This document shows, one piece after another, positions 1 to 9,900 of a stretch of DNA of 64,000 nucleotides. The notes below the pieces were generated by a model, which was given only the letters and a program-made list of their open reading frames with translations, ran no database searches and was not told the origin of the DNA. Every line of letters starts with the position of its first letter. Within the stretch, counting starts at the first letter, position 1. Source of the DNA: Candidatus Poribacteria bacterium (lineage in GTDB: Bacteria > Poribacteria > WGA-4E > WGA-3G); assembly GCA_958295945.1 (NCBI GenBank), contig OY282386.1, positions 1,303,371 through 1,367,370 of the forward strand, read 5' to 3'. The position numbers and the translations under genes are program-made.

Positions 1-1002
1 CCCGAAGCAGAATTACCAGAATTACAGAAAATTGCATCTCGTGCAGCGGCTTCAGAACTCAGGTATGGCACAGATGGTGATGCATCGGCATATCAAAACC
101 GTGACCTTGATCCGTTGGTGAATCGTTGGGATATGGGTGCGGATCCGCTTGAGTTTGCGAAACAACGGCGTGAGATTGTCGCCGGACTCTGGGACGAGAT
201 TGCAGATAAAGTTACAACAGATGGTATGGGGTATCAACGTGTGAGACGCGCATTCAGATCACTTCTCGGTGAGTATACTTCATCTATGTATCTTGCAGCA
301 CGTTTTATCGGTGGACAATACCATCACCGGGATCACAAGGGTGATAAAGATGGTCGTTTGCCTTATGTGCCAGTGCCAGCGAAGAAGCAACGTGAAGCAC
401 TTGCATTTATCAAGGAACATGCACTTTCTGATAAGGTTTTTGATTTTCCACCAGAACTGTTGAACAGCATTGCCATCACGCGTTGGAGTGATTGGGGAAC
501 AAGTAGTAATAACTCTTCTCGTTTGGATTATCCAATCCATGATGTTATTCTGCGAAACCAAGGTCAAATCCTGAGAAGATTGCTTGATGCGAATGTGCTT
601 TCACGCGTTCTGGACACAGAACTCAAGTTTTCTGGTGAAGATGCCTTCACAATGCCAGAACTCTTTACCGGTATTACAGATGCTGTTTGGGTTGAACTTG
701 ATAAAAATGCTGACGCTAATCAGTGGACAAATTCAGATGCATTTATCTCAAGTTTCAGGCGTGGATTACAACGTGAACATCTGAAGCTGTTGATTAAATT
801 GGTGTTAGCTGCAGATAGCGGTACACCTGAAGATGCGAGATCTCTTGCACGTCTACATCTAACACAAATCAATGGTCGTCTTAAGACTGTCCTGCAAAAT
901 TCTAAGGCAAAACTGGATGAGTACAGTGTTGCTCATCTTGAAGAATCGCAGGATCGTGTTGATAAGGCGTTGGCTGCAAACTTTAACGTTGAGAAGCGTT
1001 AG
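1..1002 (+). CDS. Zinc-dependent metalloprotease (Met-zincin/DUF4953-like), C-terminal part; the gene begins before the window
   Basis: Frame 1 is open from base 1 (PEAELPELQKIASRAAASELRYGTDGDA...DPLVNRWDMGADPL). The segments YGTD, PYVPVPAKKQREALAFI and ISSFRRGLQREH are typical of this family's C-terminal region. Confidence 0.7.
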   Translation, partial: PEAELPELQKIASRAAASELRYGTDGDASAYQNRDLDPLVNRWDMGADPLEFAKQRREIVAGLWDEIADKVTTDGMGYQRVRRAFRSLLGEYTSSMYLAARFIGGQYHHRDHKGDKDGRLPYVPVPAKKQREALAFIKEHALSDKVFDFPPELLNSIAITRWSDWGTSSNNSSRLDYPIHDVILRNQGQILRRLLDANVLSRVLDTELKFSGEDAFTMPELFTGITDAVWVELDKNADANQWTNSDAFISSFRRGLQREHLKLLIKLVLAADSGTPEDARSLARLHLTQINGRLKTVLQNSKAKLDEYSVAHLEESQDRVDKALAANFNVEKR

Positions 1003-1115
1003 ATGTTTGTTGGATCAAGGCTTCCTCTTTGCAGGATTAGAGACTGCATTGCTCAAAACCCTCAATATAGTGATATTTCGTGGATGCACCGCTATTCTGA
1101 TAAATGTCAGATAAC

Positions 1116-1340
1116 CTATTTTTCACTATCAGGTTTAGTATCAACTGGTTTAGGACTATCAACTGGCTTAGGGTTATCACCAGGTTTGCCAGATTCTGGA
1201 TTAGGTTTATCCTCAGGTCTCATTTTATCTGGCATTACTATAATTTCTGGAGGGTCGTACGACTCTTTGACCCTGTCTTTTTTTGGTAAGTCTACTGTAA
1301 TCCTTCGATTTGGTCGTTTAGTGCGATTCGATCTTGACAT
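1116..1340 (-). CDS. Small hypothetical protein (74 aa) with a basic N-terminus and a Pro/Lys/Asp-rich repetitive tail
   Basis: ATG is preceded by a strong RBS (AAGGAGA). The tail DNPKPVDSPKPVDTKP is encoded by imperfect 18-nt tandem repeats. Confidence 0.55.
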   Translation of the reverse strand: MSRSNRTKRPNRRITVDLPKKDRVKESYDPPEIIVMPDKMRPEDKPNPESGKPGDNPKPVDSPKPVDTKPDSEK

Positions 1341-1364
1341 TATTCAATCTCCTTAATTAATAGA

Positions 1365-1487
1365 ATTATAGTGGAATGGACAATTAATAGGACACGTCTC
1401 AGAGGGCGAGGAAACCTCGCCCCTACGGGACTTGTGGTACTTGCAAGTGCATTGAAATGTCTTCTTAATTCTAAACTTTACTATAAT
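1365..1487. repeat. Degenerate MITE-like shell containing a REP-like hairpin
   Basis: Imperfect terminal inverted repeats ATTATAGT...AATTAA / TTAATT...ACTATAAT (about 22/30). Internal hairpin GGGCGAGG-AAA-CCTCGCCC-CTAC at about 1404-1426. Confidence 0.5.
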
Positions 1488-1538
1488 CTGGTAATGGGTT
1501 TCGTGACGTAATCTTGGCACACCCTTTGTTCTTTGTTA

Positions 1539-1589
1539 TCACACATCCATCCCCGCATCCCGATATGTCTGCTTAATCAATTTAATTTT
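1539..1589 (-). pseudogene. Relic 3' stub of a methyltransferase gene (KIKLIKQTYRDAGMDV*)
   Basis: 1541-1577 matches 3464-3500, the 3' end of the intact MTase (IRQTYQDAGMDV*), at 34/37 nt in the same orientation, and has its own stop codon. Confidence 0.8.
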
Positions 1590-1724
1590 CGTATCAAAAT
1601 CTTATGTGGGAATACAAGTGTTCATTGTCTGAATCGCGGATGCCACAGATGAACACGGGTTTTAAGCCTTTTCAATGTATATACTCTTCAGAATTAGCGG
1701 AACGGTATATCCGTAAGATGATTT

Positions 1725-3317
1725 TCAACTCCCATCATTTTTATTGCCGAGTTTTCCACTACGAACAACCAAAATGAGAAAATCAACGGTATCCAGAGCT
1801 TGTTTGAGGATTGCGATGAATGCTTCTTGCTGCCCCAGCTTATCAACTCCGAAGTACTTGGCAATCTTTTCGTAGTTACTACCTTTTCGATGTCCGCTAC
1901 CTGCGGACCGTAACGCCTGAAGTTTCTGTAAAAAAGAAACTCGGTGATCAGCATCTCCAACAGAATGGAAACAAAGAACTTCCTCAAGAATTTCAATGCT
2001 ACGTTTACCTTCAAGATTCACATTCTCTGCTGCGGACAAAAGCCTCTTTAGTGGTTTTACATTTATTGATTCAATTAATATCGTTTGAAGATCCTGAACT
2101 AAATCATCAAAATCACACTGTTCATCACTAACTGGGATCCTTAAGCGTCTGAGGCGATACTCATCTCCAGGCGACAGCGGTTTTAGTAACTGCCAACCAA
2201 GGCATTCGTCACATGCCTTTTGCAACTGCTCATAACTTTGCTTGAACAAGATATCTGGCTGATCTGAACTCGCCCACTCACCCTGAATCATACGTCTATA
2301 AAAAGTTTCACTCATACCATCTTTGGGCTGAATGTTATGGACCCGCCAATATTGTTGTTCTGCGTAAGGTAAAGAAATCCCAAGTTCATCTAAGAATACA
2401 CAAACTTTGTCAGGATCGTGGTTATCAATTTTCATACTCCACAATGAGGGATAACGCACCATTGAATCACCAACAGTGTATTTGCTAGGTTCATTGTAGT
2501 ACTTATCCAAAACCTGCTTGTCAAAATGGACAAGCGTAAGTTTGCAAGCTGTGTCTTCTCCATGAAAATCGTTCAGCTCACGCGGATCGCATGTGTGACA
2601 AATATCATCTCCATTCTCGTCAGTGTCTACGATAAATTCGACGTACTTCCGTTCCTCAGCGAAATCACCTAAACCGCTCTTAGACTTCAGTAGCGGTTTG
2701 ATAAGTCTTCTTCCTTTCAACCTGCTGTCTGATCGAAATTCTGGATAGGCAGTATGGTTACAACAATCATGTCTCCAACATATAAGACCATCGCGCTTGA
2801 ATTCACGTTCAATGTCGTTGAGGCCGAGTTCCTCAAGGGAATATCTTGAATACTCATTGAATTCAAACATTATTGACAGATACATTTCTTTGTCAGTTAA
2901 GAATTGGCGAATTTCCTTGAGTCTTATCTGAACTTCATGAGGCTTAACGATAGCGATCCTTTCTTCATTTCCAGCGTCATCAATCTTGATGTATGTATCC
3001 GTTTTTCTGTCGTGGTAGAGATCATGAAAAAGACGAAATTCTTCAGAAATCTCATTGTAATTTTCTCTTATTCCACCAAAACAACGAGGAATAATCAGCT
3101 CTTCAATCCCATTTTCAGTACCGTAGCGTATACCGACGTTCGCCTCAGAAAGCACTTGCTCAATTTGATCTGGAGGAATCAAATCAGAAAAAATGAAATA
3201 ATCCCGAGGACTTTCCATCTGTCGGTACACTGTCACCATGTCGATTGCTTTCTCCCGTCGTATCCATTCCAGATTATGTTTCTGGAATAACCGCTCCCGG
3301 TCCGATTCAATACTCAT
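1725..3317 (-). CDS. Hypothetical protein (about 530 aa) with a C-terminal HEPN-like RxxxxxH motif; putative defence effector
   Basis: Long ORF (track start 3329; ATG 3317 follows a GAGGTG RBS). The helical C-terminus has LQALRSAGSGHRKG. It lies directly downstream of the RM-like genes on the same strand. Confidence 0.6.
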   Translation of the reverse strand: MSIESDRERLFQKHNLEWIRREKAIDMVTVYRQMESPRDYFIFSDLIPPDQIEQVLSEANVGIRYGTENGIEELIIPRCFGGIRENYNEISEEFRLFHDLYHDRKTDTYIKIDDAGNEERIAIVKPHEVQIRLKEIRQFLTDKEMYLSIMFEFNEYSRYSLEELGLNDIEREFKRDGLICWRHDCCNHTAYPEFRSDSRLKGRRLIKPLLKSKSGLGDFAEERKYVEFIVDTDENGDDICHTCDPRELNDFHGEDTACKLTLVHFDKQVLDKYYNEPSKYTVGDSMVRYPSLWSMKIDNHDPDKVCVFLDELGISLPYAEQQYWRVHNIQPKDGMSETFYRRMIQGEWASSDQPDILFKQSYEQLQKACDECLGWQLLKPLSPGDEYRLRRLRIPVSDEQCDFDDLVQDLQTILIESINVKPLKRLLSAAENVNLEGKRSIEILEEVLCFHSVGDADHRVSFLQKLQALRSAGSGHRKGSNYEKIAKYFGVDKLGQQEAFIAILKQALDTVDFLILVVRSGKLGNKNDGS

Positions 3318-3461
3318 GGTTCCATTCACCTCTTATTTGTAAATAGCAAAAGTGTATGTTAGTATGCTCTAACTTATGTAAAATAGTATATCACATATTT
3401 TCATGTTTGTCGTTGGAAAGGGTTTACACATATCACCCGCCGGGGTTAAGGGATAAGAGAC

Positions 3462-6400
3462 CTACACATCCATCCCCGCATCCTGATATGTTTGCCTAAT
3501 GAGTTGGATCTCTTGGTCTGTTAGTCCATACAAGTGATATACATATTCATCTATTTCCCGCTCAATTTCAGGCACGCGATCACTGTGTGGGTCTGCTAAT
3601 ATCTGTTCAACTAGTGCTGATAATTCCGCTTGTTGTTCTGTAGTGCGATCTGCGATTGGAACACGTCGCATATATTGTGCAATAAAACGTAAAGCTCCTC
3701 CAGTCCACGGATCATTGAGGCTTTGAAACCTGTGGCGTGCATACCAATCAATTAGTTGACTATTCAAAATTGCAAGTAAGGAAAGATCCTCAGTAGGTAG
3801 AATATAGGTAGTTTGTAAGCAGTATGTCTTTGTGGTATCATAACAAGCCCGCATAAATGGGCTAATATCAGGATAGATAATTTTGGGTTTTTCAAATTCT
3901 GCATAATAAGTGCTTGCCCACCGTTGCATTGCGTACCATTCATAACGAATTTCTGTTTCTGATCTGTTTCTCTGAGAAAGTCTATCTCTATATTGCAATA
4001 GATGATTATAAATGGATGGATAATTCTCTCTGAATTGATCTTCTGCGTTTTGAGATACACCAGAAATAGTAGTATCTTCATGTAATGGAAAGTGCCATGG
4101 GATGAATAGGAGGTATAATTTCGCCCACTCTGAACGGTATCGTTTTATATCACGTCCCCGCAGAAGTGGTTTGATGATATCGGTAGACTCTGGGTCTCGA
4201 GTTATCAATTCTTCCCGCTTTGTTTCATTAATGATAAATGCTTCATTGCATCCAGTCTTAATACCAAAGTAGAATCTGCCTTGTATTAGTTCAGTCAGTC
4301 GCATACCTGTATTTTGTAATTTTGTCAGTAGCTTAGTAACTTTTGACGGTACCAGCACCCAGGCATTAGGTGAAAAATTACTGGAATACATGGCAAATGC
4401 ACGTACTTGAAACACATCTGATAGACGAAGAATATCTGATTCGTCTCTAATAATTGCAGCGAGGAAAGTATCTTGATTTGGCGGAGTACTCTCAACAAGG
4501 ATGATACAAGTATTTACATTTGCTCTAAATACCGGAACACTCCCACAATCCAGGAGTTTATGGATTCGTTGGTCTTCGGATAAGAATTGTCGTAGTTTTT
4601 TCCCGTACCCCGCGCGCAGAAATTTGTTGGAAGAAATAAAAGTAAGAATCCCATTCATGCGAAGTAGTTCTGTCCCTCGTTTGTAGAAGTAGACGTAAAG
4701 GTCTGCCATACTCGTATAAACATCTGGAAACAAACGTTCCAAAATTGGTTTCATTGGTCTAATAAGTTCATGGCGGACATAAGGGGGATTACCGATAACA
4801 ACATCAAAACCACCTTCAAGGAACACCTCAGGGAATTCTGCCTCCCACATAAATTCATCATCGTTTACTTGAAAATCTTGGATATTTCCTCTGAGTTCAG
4901 CAATCTTTTCTCGGAGTCTCTGTTTATCATTTTCGTTGTGGGTTACCAGATATTCCGCTTGATGTTCTTGTATCTGTTCTATGAATTGGAGAGCGAAACC
5001 AAGATTTGCACCTAATGGGGTGGGACCGGTTAGACTATCACCTATTGCAACTTTATAGTCTAAGTTTGGCAGGGGTTGAGGTGTGTCACCTTCATAGTCC
5101 ACAGCAAGACTGAGCCACAAACGGAGCATTGCGATGTTGACTGCGAATTCGTCTTTGTCTACACCGTAAAGGTTGTTCTGTATGATGTCCAGTTTGCGTT
5201 GGTATATTGTGGGTGAATCTATCTGATTGCTTTGGAAAAGTGCTTCGCGTAGACGTAGTAATTCACTCATCATGCCGAGTAGATATGCACCACTGCCACA
5301 TGCTGGATCGCAGACACGTAGCGTTTGTAGGACATGGAGTACGTTCTCTGGATTTCGGATTTCGGTTGCATCTCCATCATCAACAAACTTCTTTAGGCAT
5401 TCCTCTGTTTCCTCTGTTTTATTCTTCAAACAGATTTTCAGACTTTCTCGGCACATAAAGGAGACAACGGGTCGCGGTGTGTAGTAGCTGCCCGTGTCGT
5501 GTCTTCCGGTGACGAGTTCTTCAAATACCTTCCCGAGCATCTCTGGGTCAACTGCTACCTCAACATCAAGTGGTGTGGATTCGGTTACTGTGAAGTTATA
5601 TCGTTCAAAGAGATTTAGGATTTCGGCAAATTCTTCGTTTGGGATATGGATAGCGTGTTGACGATCAAATTCATAATCCTTTCGCTCAAATAAACCACCG
5701 TTGAGAAATGGCACATCTCCTCTTGCTTCAACAAGTTCATCCAATTCTTCGTCTAAGTCCAGTTCACTACCAAGCCCATGAAAGAAAGCATAAAAGAGTC
5801 TGTCGTTGAGAAAGTTTTCATTGGGTTGGTTTTCTGTTGCCTTAAAAAGTGCGCGGAGATAATCACGGTTACCGTTGTAGGTGAGCCATCCCTTCTTTTC
5901 AATAAACCGAAGAAACATCAGTCGGTTAAAGAGACGTTGGGTATAGAGTCGTTTTGCTTCAGTGTCGTTTTCAGGAGTCCCATCAACAGCAGTTTCAACA
6001 CGGGCAAAGACGCGTTGGTAGTCGGCGAAGAATTTATCGGTAACTGCCTCAACATCGAATGCAGCCTTCCACGCGGTTAGCCATTCTTCGTCATTTGGAA
6101 ATCCATCGTAAGGTAATGCAAGTGCTGGTAGGTTATACTCACAGAGGGTGCGGATGTGTGTATCTCCCTGTTCCCATGAGAAGATGGAAAGCACGGCACG
6201 TCGCCAGTTTTCGTTTGCTGCAAAATGTGCAAAGGCGAAACGCTTAAAATCAGTTGTGGTGCAGATAAAGAGAAGGTTGTCATGTTCCCATGCGGGTAGG
6301 TTTGGATCATGATCGCGTCTATTGACGAGTCCGCGTAACACACGCCGCAGTGCAGTTCGGTAGATAGAGTCGTTGTTGAACTGGAGGAAGAAGATACCCC

Positions 6401-6647
6401 ACGGTTGTGTCTCTTCTATTAACCCTAATGTGGGTTGAGCGGGTGGGAATGGGGGCAGCTGCCAACTATCAACGATTCGGTCTTCAGTGTGTTCGTCAAG
6501 GTCAAGGTCTTCTGCGGACCACGAGAAGGCGACATCTTCAAATTCAACGTCATCCGGAATTCGCCAGTCGAGTTTATCGCGGAAAAAGTCTAAAAGTGAG
6601 TTGAAGTCACGGATGTTTTGAATGTCGTTTGGTGTAATTTGGGGCAT
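3462..6647 (-). CDS. Eco57I/Type IIG-like N6-adenine DNA methyltransferase with TaqI-like C-terminal target-recognition domain
   Basis: Motifs GSYYTP, motif I DPACGSG, motif IV GFDVVIGNPPY and PFLNGGLF. The C-terminal TRD has GIKTGCNEAF, LRGRDIKRY and PKIIYPDI. Confidence 0.88.
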   Translation of the reverse strand: MPQITPNDIQNIRDFNSLLDFFRDKLDWRIPDDVEFEDVAFSWSAEDLDLDEHTEDRIVDSWQLPPFPPAQPTLGLIEETQPWGIFFLQFNNDSIYRTALRRVLRGLVNRRDHDPNLPAWEHDNLLFICTTTDFKRFAFAHFAANENWRRAVLSIFSWEQGDTHIRTLCEYNLPALALPYDGFPNDEEWLTAWKAAFDVEAVTDKFFADYQRVFARVETAVDGTPENDTEAKRLYTQRLFNRLMFLRFIEKKGWLTYNGNRDYLRALFKATENQPNENFLNDRLFYAFFHGLGSELDLDEELDELVEARGDVPFLNGGLFERKDYEFDRQHAIHIPNEEFAEILNLFERYNFTVTESTPLDVEVAVDPEMLGKVFEELVTGRHDTGSYYTPRPVVSFMCRESLKICLKNKTEETEECLKKFVDDGDATEIRNPENVLHVLQTLRVCDPACGSGAYLLGMMSELLRLREALFQSNQIDSPTIYQRKLDIIQNNLYGVDKDEFAVNIAMLRLWLSLAVDYEGDTPQPLPNLDYKVAIGDSLTGPTPLGANLGFALQFIEQIQEHQAEYLVTHNENDKQRLREKIAELRGNIQDFQVNDDEFMWEAEFPEVFLEGGFDVVIGNPPYVRHELIRPMKPILERLFPDVYTSMADLYVYFYKRGTELLRMNGILTFISSNKFLRAGYGKKLRQFLSEDQRIHKLLDCGSVPVFRANVNTCIILVESTPPNQDTFLAAIIRDESDILRLSDVFQVRAFAMYSSNFSPNAWVLVPSKVTKLLTKLQNTGMRLTELIQGRFYFGIKTGCNEAFIINETKREELITRDPESTDIIKPLLRGRDIKRYRSEWAKLYLLFIPWHFPLHEDTTISGVSQNAEDQFRENYPSIYNHLLQYRDRLSQRNRSETEIRYEWYAMQRWASTYYAEFEKPKIIYPDISPFMRACYDTTKTYCLQTTYILPTEDLSLLAILNSQLIDWYARHRFQSLNDPWTGGALRFIAQYMRRVPIADRTTEQQAELSALVEQILADPHSDRVPEIEREIDEYVYHLYGLTDQEIQLIRQTYQDAGMDV

Positions 6648-6687
6648 TTGGTTGTCTCTATTCCGTAGTAAAGCAGCACTGCAATTT

Positions 6688-6768
6688 CTAGAGTGTATCT
6701 CGTAAAAACATAATTAAAGATTCGAAGTCGTGGACTTTTTGGAATTCGTAAGAAATATTGGGACGCAT
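6688..6768 (-). pseudogene. Relic 5' stub of a methyltransferase gene (MRPNISYEFQKVHDFESLIMFLRDTL*)
   Basis: This 26-codon ORF just upstream of the MTase aligns with the MTase N-terminus (DIQNIRDFNSLLDFFRDKL vs EFQKVHDFESLIMFLRDTL). An orphan AAAGGAGG RBS lies upstream near 6794-6801. Confidence 0.6.
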
Positions 6769-6822
6769 CTTATCACTATAACCTTATAGGTAGCCTCCTT
6801 TGTAAATTGCAAATTTAGCGAT

Positions 6823-6980
6823 AGACATTATGCCGATTTAATTGTCCAATGTTGCTTCATTCAAAGGCGTGGCGTGTAGGGGCGGGGTTTCCCCGCCCGA
6901 CTGGAATACTCGTGGACAGGCGGGGAAACCCCGCCCCTACGATGTTCACAGGGGACGCTGATTAATTCATTATAATGTCT
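6823..6980. repeat. MITE-like shell with nested REPIN-like doublet
   Basis: Terminal IRs begin AGACATTAT / end ATAATGTCT. Inner inverted pair GTAGGGGCGGGGTTTCCCCGCC ... GGCGGGGAAACCCCGCCCCTAC at 6876-6940. Confidence 0.7.
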
Positions 6981-6996
6981 GATATAGATATAAGTA

Positions 6997-9900
6997 TTAA
7001 CAAATTTCCATCCATGCGATGAGTTTAGGTTTTTCACCCATTGGTGTCTGTAATTTCATCAGGTGCTTTTGAATGTGTCGTTCAACTCTTTTGAGCTCAT
7101 TTCTAAGTCCACCAGGTCCTTGCTCAGTATAACGTTCTGTCCTTATATCACATCTGATTTCGGTCCAAATATCTCTGACATCTTCAATTATTGCATCGTT
7201 TTCAGCATCATAGAAGTACCATTTAATTTCATCGTTTGGCATTTGATAGCAACAGAACACACCGACATCCCCTATACGTCTAAGCTGGCTCAGCTCACCA
7301 TCACGATTGTACATAGGTGGCGGTTCTATACTTACATCTTTGCCTGAAAAGAGACGTTTTGGTAGGTCAGATAATTGTTCCCATAATTTAGGGTGGGCAT
7401 CGGAGATACGTTGGCGTTCAAGGTTCATCAATTCCTCAACACTTGCAGTCCCATCATACCGTTCATTGAATAGTCTGAGGGTTTCATTATCGTCTTCAGG
7501 TGAAACAAACTTGCCTTCAATACCGAGTGTTCGACTGATGCGTAGGATTTTGCCATCAACTCGTCTACGGAGTCTTAGGATATCCTCAAGTTCTTCTGGT
7601 GGCAGGAAATTCCAGACATGCACGGTTGGATCAGTGCGGTTAAGTTTGGCTTCAGTGTCTGCGTCAAGGCGTCGGTCTAACCTACCGATACGTTGCATGA
7701 GGCGGACAGGATTCCAATGTAGGTCGTAGTTGATAATAACGGACGCGTCCTGTAAGTTTAGACCTTCGGCAAGCACATCTGTTGTGATGAGTGTGTTGAC
7801 AGGTTCTCCACTTTGGAATTGGGTTTTTCCGTTGTAGAACGGTGCAAATCGTTCTATGATTTCCTCTCGATTCACCTTACGTCGGCTATCTATTTGTGCG
7901 ATGTCCGTTACGCCGGCGTTCTGCAGTTGCGTGTATAGGTAACGAGCAGTATCACAGAATTCAGTAAAGATGATTCGCTTTTCATAAGGTGCGGAATTTA
8001 AGAGTTTTATGAGTTGTTGTAGTTTGTCATCTTTCTCTGTGTCTGGTTCACCCCCTACCTCGTCAGCATAGAACGATCTATATATTTTGCTAAGGAGCAG
8101 CGTCAGAAAGTTCATGTCAACAACAACATCTGTAAACAATCTGTTTAAATCATGGTCTTCAGGTATGAATTCATCCTCAGTTTCAATGGATTCTATGTCA
8201 TCTTCTTCTTCAGTGGATTCAGGTTGTCGGATGCCATCTTCTTCGAGACGTTCTTTGATGTGCCGTTGCACAACGCCCCACCATCTACTATTAGTGCCTT
8301 CCCACTGCTCATACCGTTCAGGTGCATATTTTTTGAGCCATTCTGCCATCTTAAGGAGTAAGTTCTCGATGGTAACTTCAAAGGATCGCCATGAGCTTTC
8401 CAAACGTTTTAGCACGAGGGTACGGATTAGGCCGACAATCTGTTTTTGGCGATTCTCAAGTTGTCTTTCAGGGTTTTTGTGGTACCTGACAGTGTTATAG
8501 ATTGCAAGATTGATAAACGGGTAATGTCTGTCAAAAGCAGCCCTAAGTTCATCATAGAGGGATCCGTAGACTTTTTTGAGCGAGTATTCTACTGGGGATT
8601 CAATTTTACGTTTTGGAAAAAGTATATCCACCCCTGATTCCTGCTCGGATTCTTTTATATACTTACGACTCCGTTGAATAAGCACCTGTTTCAGTATAGG
8701 GTTTTGACGTAAGAAATCTTCTTCTTCAACCTGTTCAGCAATTTCTGTGTTTTCATTCTCAAGTTTTTTATCTATATCGCGAAAGTGTCTACGGAAATCA
8801 TGCACACCAATGCGTGAGAAATAATCCCTGCGATTCTGCCCGAAATAGTTTATCAGGTGATAAATGTCGTCTATACTGTTGTTTATTGGTGTAGCGGTCA
8901 GTAGATAGAGTTCTTTTTCTTTCGCAATATCCATCAACAACTTACCACGGTTGGAGCTTGCATTCCGAAAGTGGTGTGCTTCGTCTATGATAATTACCTC
9001 TACCCGTTGCTGAAAATGCTCAAGATCATCTTCGCTGATACCACCTTTACGACCAAAGTCTGTATGCAGTTTATGATCGTAGTGATCTCTAAGCAAACGT
9101 CTATATTTTGACTTTGCTCGGAGCAGACGTTTAATCTGACTGTTCCAAACGCTCTCAGCGACAGACTTTGGGGTAATGAGTAGCACGCGTTTGTTTTCTT
9201 GCAATGCGCGTTCAAGTATCATCAATCCGATGAATGTTTTACCACTACCGACACCATCGCAGATAAGTGCGCCTTTCCATGTCCCTGCAATTTGGAGTGC
9301 AGCATGGTAACCGTCTTTTTGGTATTGTGAGAGTGTTTGGTAAATAACGGATTCGTTTTCTTCCCAATCGTCAGCAGGTTTTTCGCGTCCTTCAAAATAT
9401 GCGTGAAGTGCTTTTGCATAGACAGTAAAAGGCGGATGTTTTTTGAGGTGTCGTTCTATAGTGCGTAGCAGTTCCGCTTTAACTTCGGTTCCTTCCTCCC
9501 ATCGTTCATCATACCATTCACGAAGTTTGGCGATATGTGTGGGTTCTGTAATAAAGGTGTTTAATTCTACGTTTTGGGTAAGACCGGGTGTAGTAAAGTT
9601 TGAACTACCTACGGTAGAAAAATTGACAGGACTTGAGGCATCGGCTTGCATCAAATTGAGTTTTGCATGAAATTTAGCATTGTCATATATGCGAATCAGG
9701 ATTTTTCCACGTCGAATTGCAGTGTGAACATCCGCAAGTCCTTGTAGGGTATCATCCTTTTCTTTTACGGATTCTAAGCTATCCTCGGTAACTGTTTGCA
9801 ATGCCTCAATTAGATGTTCCTTTGTACGCCTTGACGTTTCGTCTCCCATTAGGATACGGATACCGTCAAGGTGTTGCCACGTTTTTCCAAGTGACAAAAA

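Noticed and set aside
1116..1340. RiPP (lasso-type) precursor, suggested by YDPPEI resembling YxxPxL
   Set aside because: No downstream G...T leader motif, no core peptide features and no adjacent modifying enzymes.
1541..3500. Diversity-generating retroelement TR/VR pair at the MTase 3' end (also considered for the WD40 3' ends)
   Set aside because: The repeats are short, the mismatches are not confined to adenines of one copy, and no reverse transcriptase is present in the window.
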